The position numbers and the translations under genes are program-made. The notes beneath the pieces were generated by a model. It saw nothing but the letters and a program-made list of their open reading frames with translations, was not told the DNA's origin and searched no databases. Below are positions 18,214 to 27,673 of a stretch of 32,000 bases of DNA, piece by piece; the first letter of the stretch is position 1; each line of letters starts with the position of its first letter. This stretch comes from Candidatus Harpocratesius repetitus (lineage in GTDB: Archaea > Asgardarchaeota > Lokiarchaeia > Sigyniarchaeales > Promethearchaeaceae), in contig JAIZWK010000001.1 in assembly GCA_021498095.1 (NCBI GenBank), positions 90,001 through 122,000 of the forward strand. Reading direction: 5' to 3'.

Positions 18214-21200
18214 ATGAATAAAAAAAGGGAAAATTCAACTTCAGAACTATATAAATCAGCAATAATCAGCTCATTAAAACAAGGAGATAAAAAACTTGCA
18301 GATATTGAGCAAGATGTACGATCTACATTAATTGGATTCAGTCGAAATACACTAAGAAAATATAGAGATATATTGATCAATGAAGATAGAATTGAACAAA
18401 TAGGAACCCAAGCTCACCCTACTTATCATTTAAAATGTAATAACTCGAATTTTCTTATTGAATCAGAAAGTCTTTTTCCCTCTAATGAAACTTTACTAAA
18501 TCAACTCTTTTTACTTAATGATTTTCTTCAAAATCCAATTTATCGAAATTATTTATCAGAATTACGCAATCCTCACACTGGTTCAATATTGAAATCGATA
18601 ATTCTGAGATATACACATATTTTTAATACAATTAAAAAGCAGAATCTTTTAGATTTCCTTCAATTTCTATTGTTCATTCTTTTTATGCATGAAAAACATA
18701 TAAATATTTCAGAATATGAGAAAGAAGAACAAGAATTATCCTTTTTAAAGAATATTCCGAAAGAAAAAATTTTTTTTTTTGAAGAAATAATGTCAAAACA
18801 AAAATTATTATATATTTTTTTTAGTCATTGTAATAGACTTACAACTACTAATCTTTCTGTCAATAAATTTTACTTATTAACTAAGGGAGAAAATTATGCG
18901 TATTTTGATAAAAGTTTAGAAAATTTAGTAACTTCGATACTTCGATCTCTTATTCTTGTGGAAGATCCAATTTCACTAAATTTATTTGAAGATATATCCT
19001 TAATAGAACTGCAGAAATGGATGTTAAAAAGTTTAAAGGCTCAAAATAACGCAGAATATTTTAATAACCAGATAGAGCGAATTGCATCATATTCTCCTTT
19101 CCCATTTTTCATTTTCTTAAAAGAAAAACTATTTCAAAAGTTTCAATTTATTCTTTATAACGAAATTCCTTTATATCGAGATTGGATATTTGTTAATCTT
19201 GAAATTTTATCTTCAAATATAAAAAAAATCATTTTTCGTGAACCAAACCCTCATTTTTATATAAATTTCATTGATCAAGCAATTTCTCGAATCATTCATA
19301 ATGCAACTTCAGTCAAAAAGTGCATGAATTGTTTACATTCAGCAAAAAATGATATGGAAAAAGAAATTTTTAAAAGTCTGTTAAATCTTAATTCAAAAGA
19401 AGAAATAAAAGAGATCTTTAAAAATAAACTAAGCGGTCGTATTGATTTTAGGTTAAAAAATGCAAAAAAGGTGCTGTTTTATCTTTATTTGAAAACAAAA
19501 ATCAGATTATTAGAGCCTAATCGAGAAAAGAACCCTTTAAACCAAAATAATGCAGATGAAGACGAACTTCTGCTACAATGGAATGTTTTCTTCCAAAAGG
19601 TCAAAATGGTTGCGCAGAAGCAGGAAAAACTTAGCTTATTTGAAGGAACTTCATTAAGACATCTTATCATGCAGAGTATCCGTATTTTTGAAAAATTATT
19701 GGAAAAAATTCAAATAATTCACCCCATATCACCCAATTCCTTAAAAAGGAACAATCAATCTGATTACAGACAATTCTTGCTTTCATGTCATAAAGGCCAA
19801 ATTAGATCTGGCAATAACGATGAAACATACCTTATAAAACTCTTTTTACTTCTTCGTGGAACAGCATTTGGAATTGAGGGATTTAGAAATGAAATCAATA
19901 ATACAAAAAATACAACACTTCTTTTACTCTCCTTTGAAGCACTATACTTATCTGATAATCTTGATGATTTTAAACTTCTTAAGAATTTGATGAAAAAATT
20001 TTTCATGTCAAATGAGAAAGAGATACCTATTCGAAGGAAAATGATGTTGTTAACAGGAATAATTCATTTTGCGATCGTTCCATTAAAAGGAAAAAATACT
20101 GTTGATCAAAAAAGAGCCAATCTTTTCATTCAAGCATTTGATTTTTTCTGTCAGTACTTAGAAAAACTCAAATCTACCTCTGGAACCAATATGTCTTTCA
20201 ATTTTAAGTGGTTTTTCAACCTACTAGGGATCTATTATTATTTTCAAAATGAAAAAAGATCAGCTTTAGTTGCTGATTTACTAGGATTGTGTTTTTCATT
20301 TGAAAACCGAGCTCTTTTTCCTGAAACCCTCCTTTTCCAATATAATTCCTCATTTCATTGTATTTCATATGGTGAAACTCTTATAGAATTTCCTCCGTAT
20401 TTCATGATTCCCCATTCATCGATGGCAAAAGTACTACAATTAATGTTGATCGAAAATGTAAGCATCTCCCTAAATTCAATAATGAAAGTCCTCAGAGATT
20501 CTAACTTTTCTGAAAAACTAGGATTTGTTAAATTTTTTTGTAATAATTCGATGCAAGCAGAAGATATGAAGAAGAATGAACAAGATTTGAAGAGAATGAA
20601 CCAGTTATTAGATGAAAATTTAAAGTTAAGAAAATTCATTCTATTTCTATATCAATCAATCTATTTATTACATACTATTTTTATTGATGTTCCATTTAAC
20701 CAGATTTTTACCTTTGAAACAAATGTTTCAGAACCACAACACATTCAAATTCAAAAACTACTCCAGACTGTAGATAATTTTAGTAGGTATCATTCTGGAT
20801 TTAATACTCAATATCCTGCTTGGATTATTGCTATGCTCGCTTTAGTGAATAAGGATTTCGAATTATATCAACATTGGAGTCGAAAAATTATCCAAGCATA
20901 TCCATATTGCATTCCATTTTACAGAATAAACCTTCAATATGCTTTTAAGATACAAAATGCTGCAATGCAGGAAGAAACAATCTCCAAAATCTGGCAGGTA
21001 ATTGCGTCGAATTCTTTTGATATCTATCCAACCTATAATCTTGGTAAATACTGCAATCACTGGCACCTCTATCAATTCCCAGACATTTTAGATCTTCTTC
21101 TTAAGTGCCATCCTAAACACAGAAGGGATGAATATTTGCTTATTCTCGATTATTTTCTGATGCGAATACCGTTAACTAAATCTCAAAAAATAGATATTTT

Positions 21201-21429
21201 AGAAAAAGTGCACGCTTATCGTCCAGAAACATTTTTTCAATATGAATCATTAACAGAAGAAATTGAAAAATTCCGAAATAAATACAATATCCACGATTAT
21301 TTCAAATTTTCTCCCGATGATAAACAACCAGGATACTCAAAGAAATATGGATATTATATTCCAGAACCAAGGCCATCGAGATTAAAATCTTACCAATATG
21401 TAAATTTGCCGGATAAAATTGTTATCTAA
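18214..21429 (+). CDS. Large (1071 aa) helical protein with N-terminal winged-HTH-like segment; possible regulator
   Basis: Long uninterrupted ORF; residues ~15-70 (SSLKQGDKKLADIEQDV...FSRNTLRKYRDILINEDRIEQIG) fit a wHTH pattern; remainder helix-rich with no recognisable catalytic motif. Confidence 0.6.
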   Translation: MNKKRENSTSELYKSAIISSLKQGDKKLADIEQDVRSTLIGFSRNTLRKYRDILINEDRIEQIGTQAHPTYHLKCNNSNFLIESESLFPSNETLLNQLFLLNDFLQNPIYRNYLSELRNPHTGSILKSIILRYTHIFNTIKKQNLLDFLQFLLFILFMHEKHINISEYEKEEQELSFLKNIPKEKIFFFEEIMSKQKLLYIFFSHCNRLTTTNLSVNKFYLLTKGENYAYFDKSLENLVTSILRSLILVEDPISLNLFEDISLIELQKWMLKSLKAQNNAEYFNNQIERIASYSPFPFFIFLKEKLFQKFQFILYNEIPLYRDWIFVNLEILSSNIKKIIFREPNPHFYINFIDQAISRIIHNATSVKKCMNCLHSAKNDMEKEIFKSLLNLNSKEEIKEIFKNKLSGRIDFRLKNAKKVLFYLYLKTKIRLLEPNREKNPLNQNNADEDELLLQWNVFFQKVKMVAQKQEKLSLFEGTSLRHLIMQSIRIFEKLLEKIQIIHPISPNSLKRNNQSDYRQFLLSCHKGQIRSGNNDETYLIKLFLLLRGTAFGIEGFRNEINNTKNTTLLLLSFEALYLSDNLDDFKLLKNLMKKFFMSNEKEIPIRRKMMLLTGIIHFAIVPLKGKNTVDQKRANLFIQAFDFFCQYLEKLKSTSGTNMSFNFKWFFNLLGIYYYFQNEKRSALVADLLGLCFSFENRALFPETLLFQYNSSFHCISYGETLIEFPPYFMIPHSSMAKVLQLMLIENVSISLNSIMKVLRDSNFSEKLGFVKFFCNNSMQAEDMKKNEQDLKRMNQLLDENLKLRKFILFLYQSIYLLHTIFIDVPFNQIFTFETNVSEPQHIQIQKLLQTVDNFSRYHSGFNTQYPAWIIAMLALVNKDFELYQHWSRKIIQAYPYCIPFYRINLQYAFKIQNAAMQEETISKIWQVIASNSFDIYPTYNLGKYCNHWHLYQFPDILDLLLKCHPKHRRDEYLLILDYFLMRIPLTKSQKIDILEKVHAYRPETFFQYESLTEEIEKFRNKYNIHDYFKFSPDDKQPGYSKKYGYYIPEPRPSRLKSYQYVNLPDKIVI

Positions 21430-21711
21430 TCAAATAACAATTAAAAAGCATGTCTCTGAATCGCAAATTACTCTAATTATTACATACTTTGGAACTTCAT
21501 AAATTAACTCCTATTTTCTTACATGACATTTATAACTCTAAATTTGTTCAAAAACGTAGTAGTTTTTTCAGTATCATTTATATCATTGAAAAACCCATAT
21601 TTATATTTTCAACATATTCTATTAATGGGAATTTTGGAAGAAAATTTTAATTAAAATTGAATTTCTATTGAATACTCGAACAAAACGGAAATTTTCCTAA
21701 TTTTTCCTCTT

Positions 21712-22134
21712 TTATTTTAAAACTCTTTTTTGTTTTTGAATTTTCTCTTGAGTTTTTTTATTATAATATTTTAAATATTTCTGCTCCCAGCGGTTTGATT
21801 TTTCACTTGCATGTTGAACAGAGAATCCCTGAATCCAAATGTAGCATAAAATTGTCAAAAAATCAACTAATTCCCATTTGTACGCTTGTCTACTCACTGG
21901 AAGGTCGATCGCTTTTCGTTCCCATTTCACAAGTTTTTTGAAGAACGAAATCTTATTGAAAATTGAATAATGTGAACAGAATTGGAGAATTTGATTTACA
22001 GATTGAGTAGTTTTGTGCACATAGATACTCAAGTACCCTTTTCTTTTATTCTCGCTGATGTAAATAATAGATTGTAAAAGAAATAAAATATTTTTATTTT
22101 TTGTCGAATCTTTGAGAATTGTTTTATTTTCCAA
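21712..22134 (-). CDS. Hypothetical protein, possibly a transposase N-terminal remnant
   Basis: TTG-started 140-aa ORF; YKWELVDFLTILCYIWIQGFSVQHASE loosely recalls IS4/ISH3-type N-termini. No DDE core or terminal repeats seen. Confidence 0.25.
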   Translation of the reverse strand: MENKTILKDSTKNKNILFLLQSIIYISENKRKGYLSIYVHKTTQSVNQILQFCSHYSIFNKISFFKKLVKWERKAIDLPVSRQAYKWELVDFLTILCYIWIQGFSVQHASEKSNRWEQKYLKYYNKKTQEKIQKQKRVLK

Positions 22135-22151
22135 ACGGTGAAAAATTGACT

Positions 22152-23102
22152 ATGAAATGGCTTGATTTCAAAATTACACAGCGGTGCAATAATCATTGTC
22201 GCTATTGCAATGTAAAACATGACAAACCCACTAGTAAAGATATGCTTTCAGTAAATGTAATCAAAAAAACGATTTATGAAGCTATTAACCTAGAGTTTAC
22301 TCATTTTGCTTTTTTAGGCGGAGAACCCACTTTACGACATGATTATCAAGAACTTTTTACTCCATTTCGAGATCCAACTGCCGAAAAAGTAGAAGAAATC
22401 ATGATTATATCTAATATTTTACAATTTAATGAAAATATGGTTGAAAATTTATTTTGTTCAAACACCAAAAGAGCAACTTTCACTGCTTCAATAGATAATT
22501 TGGTAAAACCCAATTTTAAGAATCAAAACCCTCAAAAAGTCCTTAGAAACTTGAAAAAAATTCAAAAAATTGCTTACCGATATGAACATCGGGGAAATCG
22601 CGAGATCCATATCCATTCAGTGATTTCGCGCGAAAATTTTTCAAATATCTTGAATCATGTTGAATATTTTGATAATCTCGGATATAAAGTATCAATGGCA
22701 ATTGTTGAACCCTATATTCTTACAGATTCTCCCCGAAAATATAATGAATTTTCTAAATCAGATTTTGAAAAAATTATTGAGCAATTAGACCAACTAGAAA
22801 GAACAAATAAATTGAATTGGGCAAATCAAGTTCTTCGAGATTATATTTCTGAATATATCTTGAATTCACAATCTCGACTTAAAAACTGTACCGCAGGTAA
22901 AAAACATGTGATAATCGAATTTGATGGGAATGTTTATCCTTGTTTAACAGAATCCTATAGACGGGGCTTAACGTTCGGAAATATTCAAGCAGAAGATTTT
23001 AGCCAGATCTATGAAAAAATGCAGAATTTTCTATGTCAATCAGAGTTTCATCAAACATGCTGGGATCATTACCTTTGGTCCCGATTAGCAAGGGAAAAAT
23101 AA
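22152..23102 (+). CDS. Radical SAM protein with SPASM/Twitch domain
   Basis: CNNHCRYC, FLGGEPTL, CTAGKKHVIIEFDGNVYPC, GNI. ATG 22152 preferred over 22119. Confidence 0.92.
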   Translation: MKWLDFKITQRCNNHCRYCNVKHDKPTSKDMLSVNVIKKTIYEAINLEFTHFAFLGGEPTLRHDYQELFTPFRDPTAEKVEEIMIISNILQFNENMVENLFCSNTKRATFTASIDNLVKPNFKNQNPQKVLRNLKKIQKIAYRYEHRGNREIHIHSVISRENFSNILNHVEYFDNLGYKVSMAIVEPYILTDSPRKYNEFSKSDFEKIIEQLDQLERTNKLNWANQVLRDYISEYILNSQSRLKNCTAGKKHVIIEFDGNVYPCLTESYRRGLTFGNIQAEDFSQIYEKMQNFLCQSEFHQTCWDHYLWSRLAREK

Positions 23103-23119
23103 AAAGCAGAGGGAAGGTT

Positions 23120-24082
23120 TTGAACAGTAAATTACTAAATAATCAAAATCCATTCAAAATAAAACGTCTGATTCTGGAATTAAGCCGCAATTGCAATTTA
23201 AATTGTTCAATGTGCGGTTTTGGAGGAAATCCGATTCGAGAAGATTGGTTTATGAATTTATCAATTGTAGAAAAAATCTTGTTGGACCCCTATATAAGAT
23301 CAAATTTGCAGGAAATACGTCTTAACGGAAGAGGAGAGAGTACAATTCACCCCGAATTCATATCTTTACTTAAATTTATTCGAAATCTTTATCCAAATGT
23401 TCAGTTAACCATGTTTACAAACCTTATGTTCTTGGATGAAAAGATTATGAAGGAGCTTTTAAAAAGAAATGTACTTCTGTTTATCTCCATGGATTCAAAT
23501 CAGAAAAGCCAATTTGAGAAAATTCGTAAAAAAGCATCTTATGAATTACTTAAAAGACGCTTAAAATTGGTGAAAATCGGTTTTATTGTGTTTACTCTTC
23601 AAGAAACAAATTGGAATGAACTACTTGATATTGGAAGGGTGGCAAAAGAACACGGATTGGGACTAATTATAAACAACGTTCATCTTTTAAATAGCAACGC
23701 CCGAGAAAGGTTTCGTGATATATTGAATTCAAATTGGAATGAAATCTTAGCCGATTTGCTGAAAATTCGACTTAGTTTCCCATCTGATCGAATATTAATA
23801 CCTGATCAAATATTAGGATATAAACTTCCAATGGAAATTGCGACGACAATAAGCTGCGGGAGCTTAAACTTTTGTCCAAACGCTTATTCAGAAATAATGT
23901 TGGGATATGATGGTAAAATCTATCCATGTAATATGTTTCACCCTTATATATTAGGTGATATAAACACTGAAAGAATTGAAGATGTGATAAAATCAACCAA
24001 ACGTCAAGATTTTTTACTAAATCACAAAACCACCGCATATTGTAAAGATTGTGCTTATTTGTTTCCAAAAGGTGATTTTTAA
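23120..24082 (+). CDS. Radical SAM protein with SPASM/Twitch domain
   Basis: CNLNCSMC, GRGESTIHP, CPNAY...YDGKIYPCN, ILGDI, CKDC. TTG 23120 with upstream GAGGGAAGG preferred over 23033, avoiding a long overlap. Confidence 0.9.
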   Translation: MNSKLLNNQNPFKIKRLILELSRNCNLNCSMCGFGGNPIREDWFMNLSIVEKILLDPYIRSNLQEIRLNGRGESTIHPEFISLLKFIRNLYPNVQLTMFTNLMFLDEKIMKELLKRNVLLFISMDSNQKSQFEKIRKKASYELLKRRLKLVKIGFIVFTLQETNWNELLDIGRVAKEHGLGLIINNVHLLNSNARERFRDILNSNWNEILADLLKIRLSFPSDRILIPDQILGYKLPMEIATTISCGSLNFCPNAYSEIMLGYDGKIYPCNMFHPYILGDINTERIEDVIKSTKRQDFLLNHKTTAYCKDCAYLFPKGDF

Positions 24083-24086
24083 AAGA

Positions 24087-25343
24087 ATGACTTCCACAAC
24101 TAGAATGCATTTTTCTACCATACGCTCAATAAAATCGCAAAATCTTGTAAAATGGCTCAAAAGTATTAATTTAGTAAATTTAGAAAATATAATTCTTTAT
24201 TATATGATGCAAAGAAAAATTTTACAAGTCCTGAAATTGTATGCTCCAGAATATGTTCAGTTTTGGCTCAAATACAGAAAAACCCTCTTCCAACAGCTGT
24301 TTTTTACCGTAAAATTTTGGACCCGTAAATACAAGCGTATTCTACGAAAAAACTCTCAAAGATCCTTTAAAATTGCATATTTAAATCCAAAAATCTTAAA
24401 AAATTCTCAATTATTTTCTGGACTAACAAATTTAAAAATTATTGAATGTGTTTCTTTTTGGAAAGGATTTATTGAGCAATACGGGAGTTTTCCTCCAAAA
24501 TTACAGGATAAACCTCTTCCCCAGTTACGCAACGCACTTTCGAATAATAAAGGTGCATCTATTGCGGTGATCATTCCGATTGGAAACAATACCACCGAAT
24601 ATTTAACCATTTTACAACAATCGTTATCCGTTTTATATGAAAACTCTCTCATTAATCAAGTTTATTGCATCGTTGATGGCAGAATTCTTCCTGAAAAATT
24701 CGAAAATTGGATAAAAAATCAAGAAAAATTCTCTCTATTATATTATCGCACAAAAGTCGGTCCCGCTACTATTCGGAATCACGGTCTTAAATTGTGTAAT
24801 CAAGGTAATTTTTCTGATGTTCTGCTCCTCGATGCCGATATACTTTTAACAAAAAACTCGCTTCATAACCTTCTATCGGCTTATTTAAACACCTCATATA
24901 GCATCGTGTTTCCTAAAATCATCTCACAAAACAATTCGATATTGGATTATTACTACGATATCAATGGCATTTTAAACGGTCGAATTCTGGCAAATCATAA
25001 ATCAGATAATGAACTCCTCACTAGTTTACTTTTATACGGCACAACAAGTGTTGTGTTAATTAATCAAGTGATTTTCCGCAATAATATCTCGTTTGATGAA
25101 AATTTTAAAATTGCTGCAGGAGAAGATATAGATTTTTGTTTAAACCTTATACATTCCGGGCACTCGTTAATTGGTTTTGAAAATGTATTCATTCAGCATT
25201 ATTACGGAAATAATGATATATCGAATGCAGGAATCCAAACCTTCAAAAGCCGGTTTGAGCGGTATGGAAGAGGAGATGCGATATTGCTGCAAAAACATCC
25301 CTATTTTTATGCTTGGTTAAATAAAACCCAACCAAGAATATAA
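24087..25343 (+). CDS. GT2 (GT-A) glycosyltransferase with N-terminal extension
   Basis: AVIIP, GPATIRNHG, LLLDADI (DxD), FDENFKIAAGEDIDF, RFERYGRG. ATG 24087 lies 4 bp after the previous stop. Confidence 0.88.
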   Translation: MTSTTRMHFSTIRSIKSQNLVKWLKSINLVNLENIILYYMMQRKILQVLKLYAPEYVQFWLKYRKTLFQQLFFTVKFWTRKYKRILRKNSQRSFKIAYLNPKILKNSQLFSGLTNLKIIECVSFWKGFIEQYGSFPPKLQDKPLPQLRNALSNNKGASIAVIIPIGNNTTEYLTILQQSLSVLYENSLINQVYCIVDGRILPEKFENWIKNQEKFSLLYYRTKVGPATIRNHGLKLCNQGNFSDVLLLDADILLTKNSLHNLLSAYLNTSYSIVFPKIISQNNSILDYYYDINGILNGRILANHKSDNELLTSLLLYGTTSVVLINQVIFRNNISFDENFKIAAGEDIDFCLNLIHSGHSLIGFENVFIQHYYGNNDISNAGIQTFKSRFERYGRGDAILLQKHPYFYAWLNKTQPRI

Positions 25344-26170
25344 TTCAGAAATAAAATTGGAATATTTAGCCATTTGAACACTTAATACTTATGAGGTTCT
25401 AGCAACTTCTATATTTTTGACAGAATTCCCATTTTAATCATTCATTTTCCGACAATAATCAAACTTATCCAAGAATTATTTCAGTCGGCAAAGATGAACT
25501 TTAGAAAATATAATTATGGGTAGGTTTTTGACTATTTTTAATCAAATTTTAGTAGAAATGATAAAAAAAGTTCTAAATTTTTGATCGACAAATTTCAAAT
25601 TTGGATGGAATGTTGGTAAATGCGTAGATTATGCATGATTTTTATTTTTTTATTAATCTATCAAATGTTGATAAAGGCTCTTATAGAAATCAAAAAATTG
25701 TGCATAAAAAAAAGATAATTAAAATAATTCAAACATAATAGATTTATCAATTATTATTTTGATAATAATACTTGAATAGGTAAGGAAATTTCACCTGTAA
25801 AAACTAAAAAGTAGAATATCTTGATTCAATCTTTACTATTCCTGATATTATTCATTACGAGTATAATATAATAATATTAGCACTTTGATTTCTCCTTTAT
25901 GAAAAAGATATTCTCATAAATTTGCAGTTTTTTTCTTAAGATCCTAAATTGTTCCTTATTTGCATGATTTTGGGTAATACATTTCTTATAAGTAGCAAAT
26001 CGGTTAAAGATAATACGCTTTAGATTGAATTGGAAAGGAATCCTTTTCTAATATATTTTTTAGACTCGTGAAATGCTCAATTGTTGCATGATCATTTTGT
26101 GTTAATGAAATAAATTATATATGTAAAAAACAAATTATTTAATTAAAATATCTAAGGAGATAAAATTAAA

Positions 26171-26959
26171 TTGGACGACGCTATAGTTTTAATAAATAAT
26201 CTCATCAAATCTCGATATGGGATTGAGAATTACTATAATATCATGATTTTTTTTGCTTATGGTAATGAAATGTTGAAATCGTTGTTTTTTTGGCGGGTTT
26301 ATGACCTAATGACCAGTTTAAGAAATACCATGTTACGTGGTGAAAAAACACCTTATCCTGATTTAGAGCAGAAATTTAAATCATATATGATAAATGAAGA
26401 AGATCCGACATTTCAAAAAATAACCAATCGAATAATTAAAAGTTTCATTCTAAATGATTTTGAATTCCTTTCGAAATTGAGAAATAATGAAATTTCTAAA
26501 GATTTTTTATTCTCTCACCTTATTCAAACTCCTATCAAAACAAAATTTGCTAAAAATCTATTTCAAGTAAAAGAAGATGGATTATTATTTTCAGATTTTG
26601 CATTAAATTCTCTTAAAAAACTGCGGTCTCAATTGGATTCTGGTCTATTTATATTTGATAAAATGACTCCTGAAATGGAAAAACTTTATAAAAACAATAT
26701 GAATCCTAAAAGCCATAAATTTCTCAAAAAAGCCAATAAAAGATTTTTTACAAACTTAATTGATTCATCTACTCAAGCCATTAGAGAAGATCTATTTAAT
26801 TTACACGCTTGGCGCTTACTAATCATGTCTTTGATTAATATGAAGCAATTTTACGAAGCACAAGAAGCCCTGAAATTTGCAATGGCAATTGATATGTATT
26901 TTGAGCCTTTTTGGAAACTCGGGTATGAATTGAGCGAGGCATTTGAAAAAAACAAATAA
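26171..26959 (+). CDS. Hypothetical protein with a C-terminal TPR-like helical pair
   Basis: 262-aa ORF; AWRLLIMSLINMKQFYEAQEALKFAMAID fits a single TPR consensus. Confidence 0.55.
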   Translation: MDDAIVLINNLIKSRYGIENYYNIMIFFAYGNEMLKSLFFWRVYDLMTSLRNTMLRGEKTPYPDLEQKFKSYMINEEDPTFQKITNRIIKSFILNDFEFLSKLRNNEISKDFLFSHLIQTPIKTKFAKNLFQVKEDGLLFSDFALNSLKKLRSQLDSGLFIFDKMTPEMEKLYKNNMNPKSHKFLKKANKRFFTNLIDSSTQAIREDLFNLHAWRLLIMSLINMKQFYEAQEALKFAMAIDMYFEPFWKLGYELSEAFEKNK

Positions 26960-27114
26960 ATTATCGAATAAAATGAATTTAATGAAATGAGAAAAAAATA
27001 TTTAATAACGAAGTAGATTATCAAAACGGAGAAATTTCTTGAAAAAGAATTTGATTGGAACTGATTGGCCGAGAAAATTGCTGCAACTCATAAAAAAAAA
27101 GCCATGAAGCATAT

Positions 27115-27194
27115 CAGTTCAGTTAAGTTTAGTTCAGTTCAGTTAAGTTCAGTTCAGTTAAGTTCAATTAAGTTCAATTCAATTCAATTCAATT
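27115..27194. repeat. Pentanucleotide tandem repeat, 16 units (CAGTT/AAGTT/TAGTT/CAATT)
   Basis: Read directly: units start as CAGTT/AAGTT and change to CAATT toward the right end. Confidence 0.95.
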
Positions 27195-27400
27195 CAAATT
27201 TGGAATTTTTCAACTTCTTAATTTATGTTGCTAATTCAAACTTGGTTTTCATTTAACCAATACATATCTCACCTTGTATCTTTTGGAAAAATTCACCTGG
27301 TATTACGCCAATTTGGTGTTCACAGCTCAAAACGCCGCACAACTTCTAATAGAGTATCTTACCAGCGCCTTGGGAGATTATATCATATGATTTATTTACC

Positions 27401-27529
27401 TTCTTTATATTATAGAAATAATATATTTATATTTTTATATATTCTATAATAATATATGTCTTCAAAAACTACGGTGGCAATTGATAAAGCGTTACGAAAA
27501 AAATTGAAAAAAATTGCTCTTTTCTTAGA
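27401..27529 (+). repeat. Long direct repeat, copy 1 (matches 30238-30366)
   Basis: Offset 2837 bp; 2 mismatches in 129 bp (27404/30241 and 27412/30249), identical from 27413 to 27529. Confidence 0.95.
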
Positions 27530-27551
27530 ATTGAAAAAAATTGCTTCTTAA
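27456..27551 (+). pseudogene. Truncated 31-codon copy of the RHH antitoxin gene
   Basis: MSSKTTVAIDKALRKKLKKIALFL is identical to the start of 30293..30625, then ELKKIAS-stop. Confidence 0.88.
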
Positions 27552-27673
27552 AACTAACAACAAAAAGTTATGATGAAAAAAAATTATATAAAAAATTATT
27601 GAAGACTCCTAATTATTAAGTGATTAATTGTAATAGATTAATTAGGTTATGAAATTAACTAGATGATTAAAAT

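Noticed and set aside
18186-21075. Minus-strand short ORFs inside the 1071-aa gene
   Set aside because: Antisense shadows of a long ORF.
22152-24082. Interpreting the radical SAMs as viperins or RiPP maturases
   Set aside because: They carry SPASM/Twitch domains unlike viperins, and no precursor peptide or PqqD-like domain was identified nearby.
22029-24652. Minus-strand ORFs 22029-22220, 23772-24110, 24407-24652
   Set aside because: Overlap the radical SAM and GT2 genes on the opposite strand; no motifs.
27065-27449. ORFs 27065-27256 and 27225-27449, plus a start-less frame 27235-27390
   Set aside because: The first is a translation of the pentamer repeat; the others lack a convincing start or family motif.
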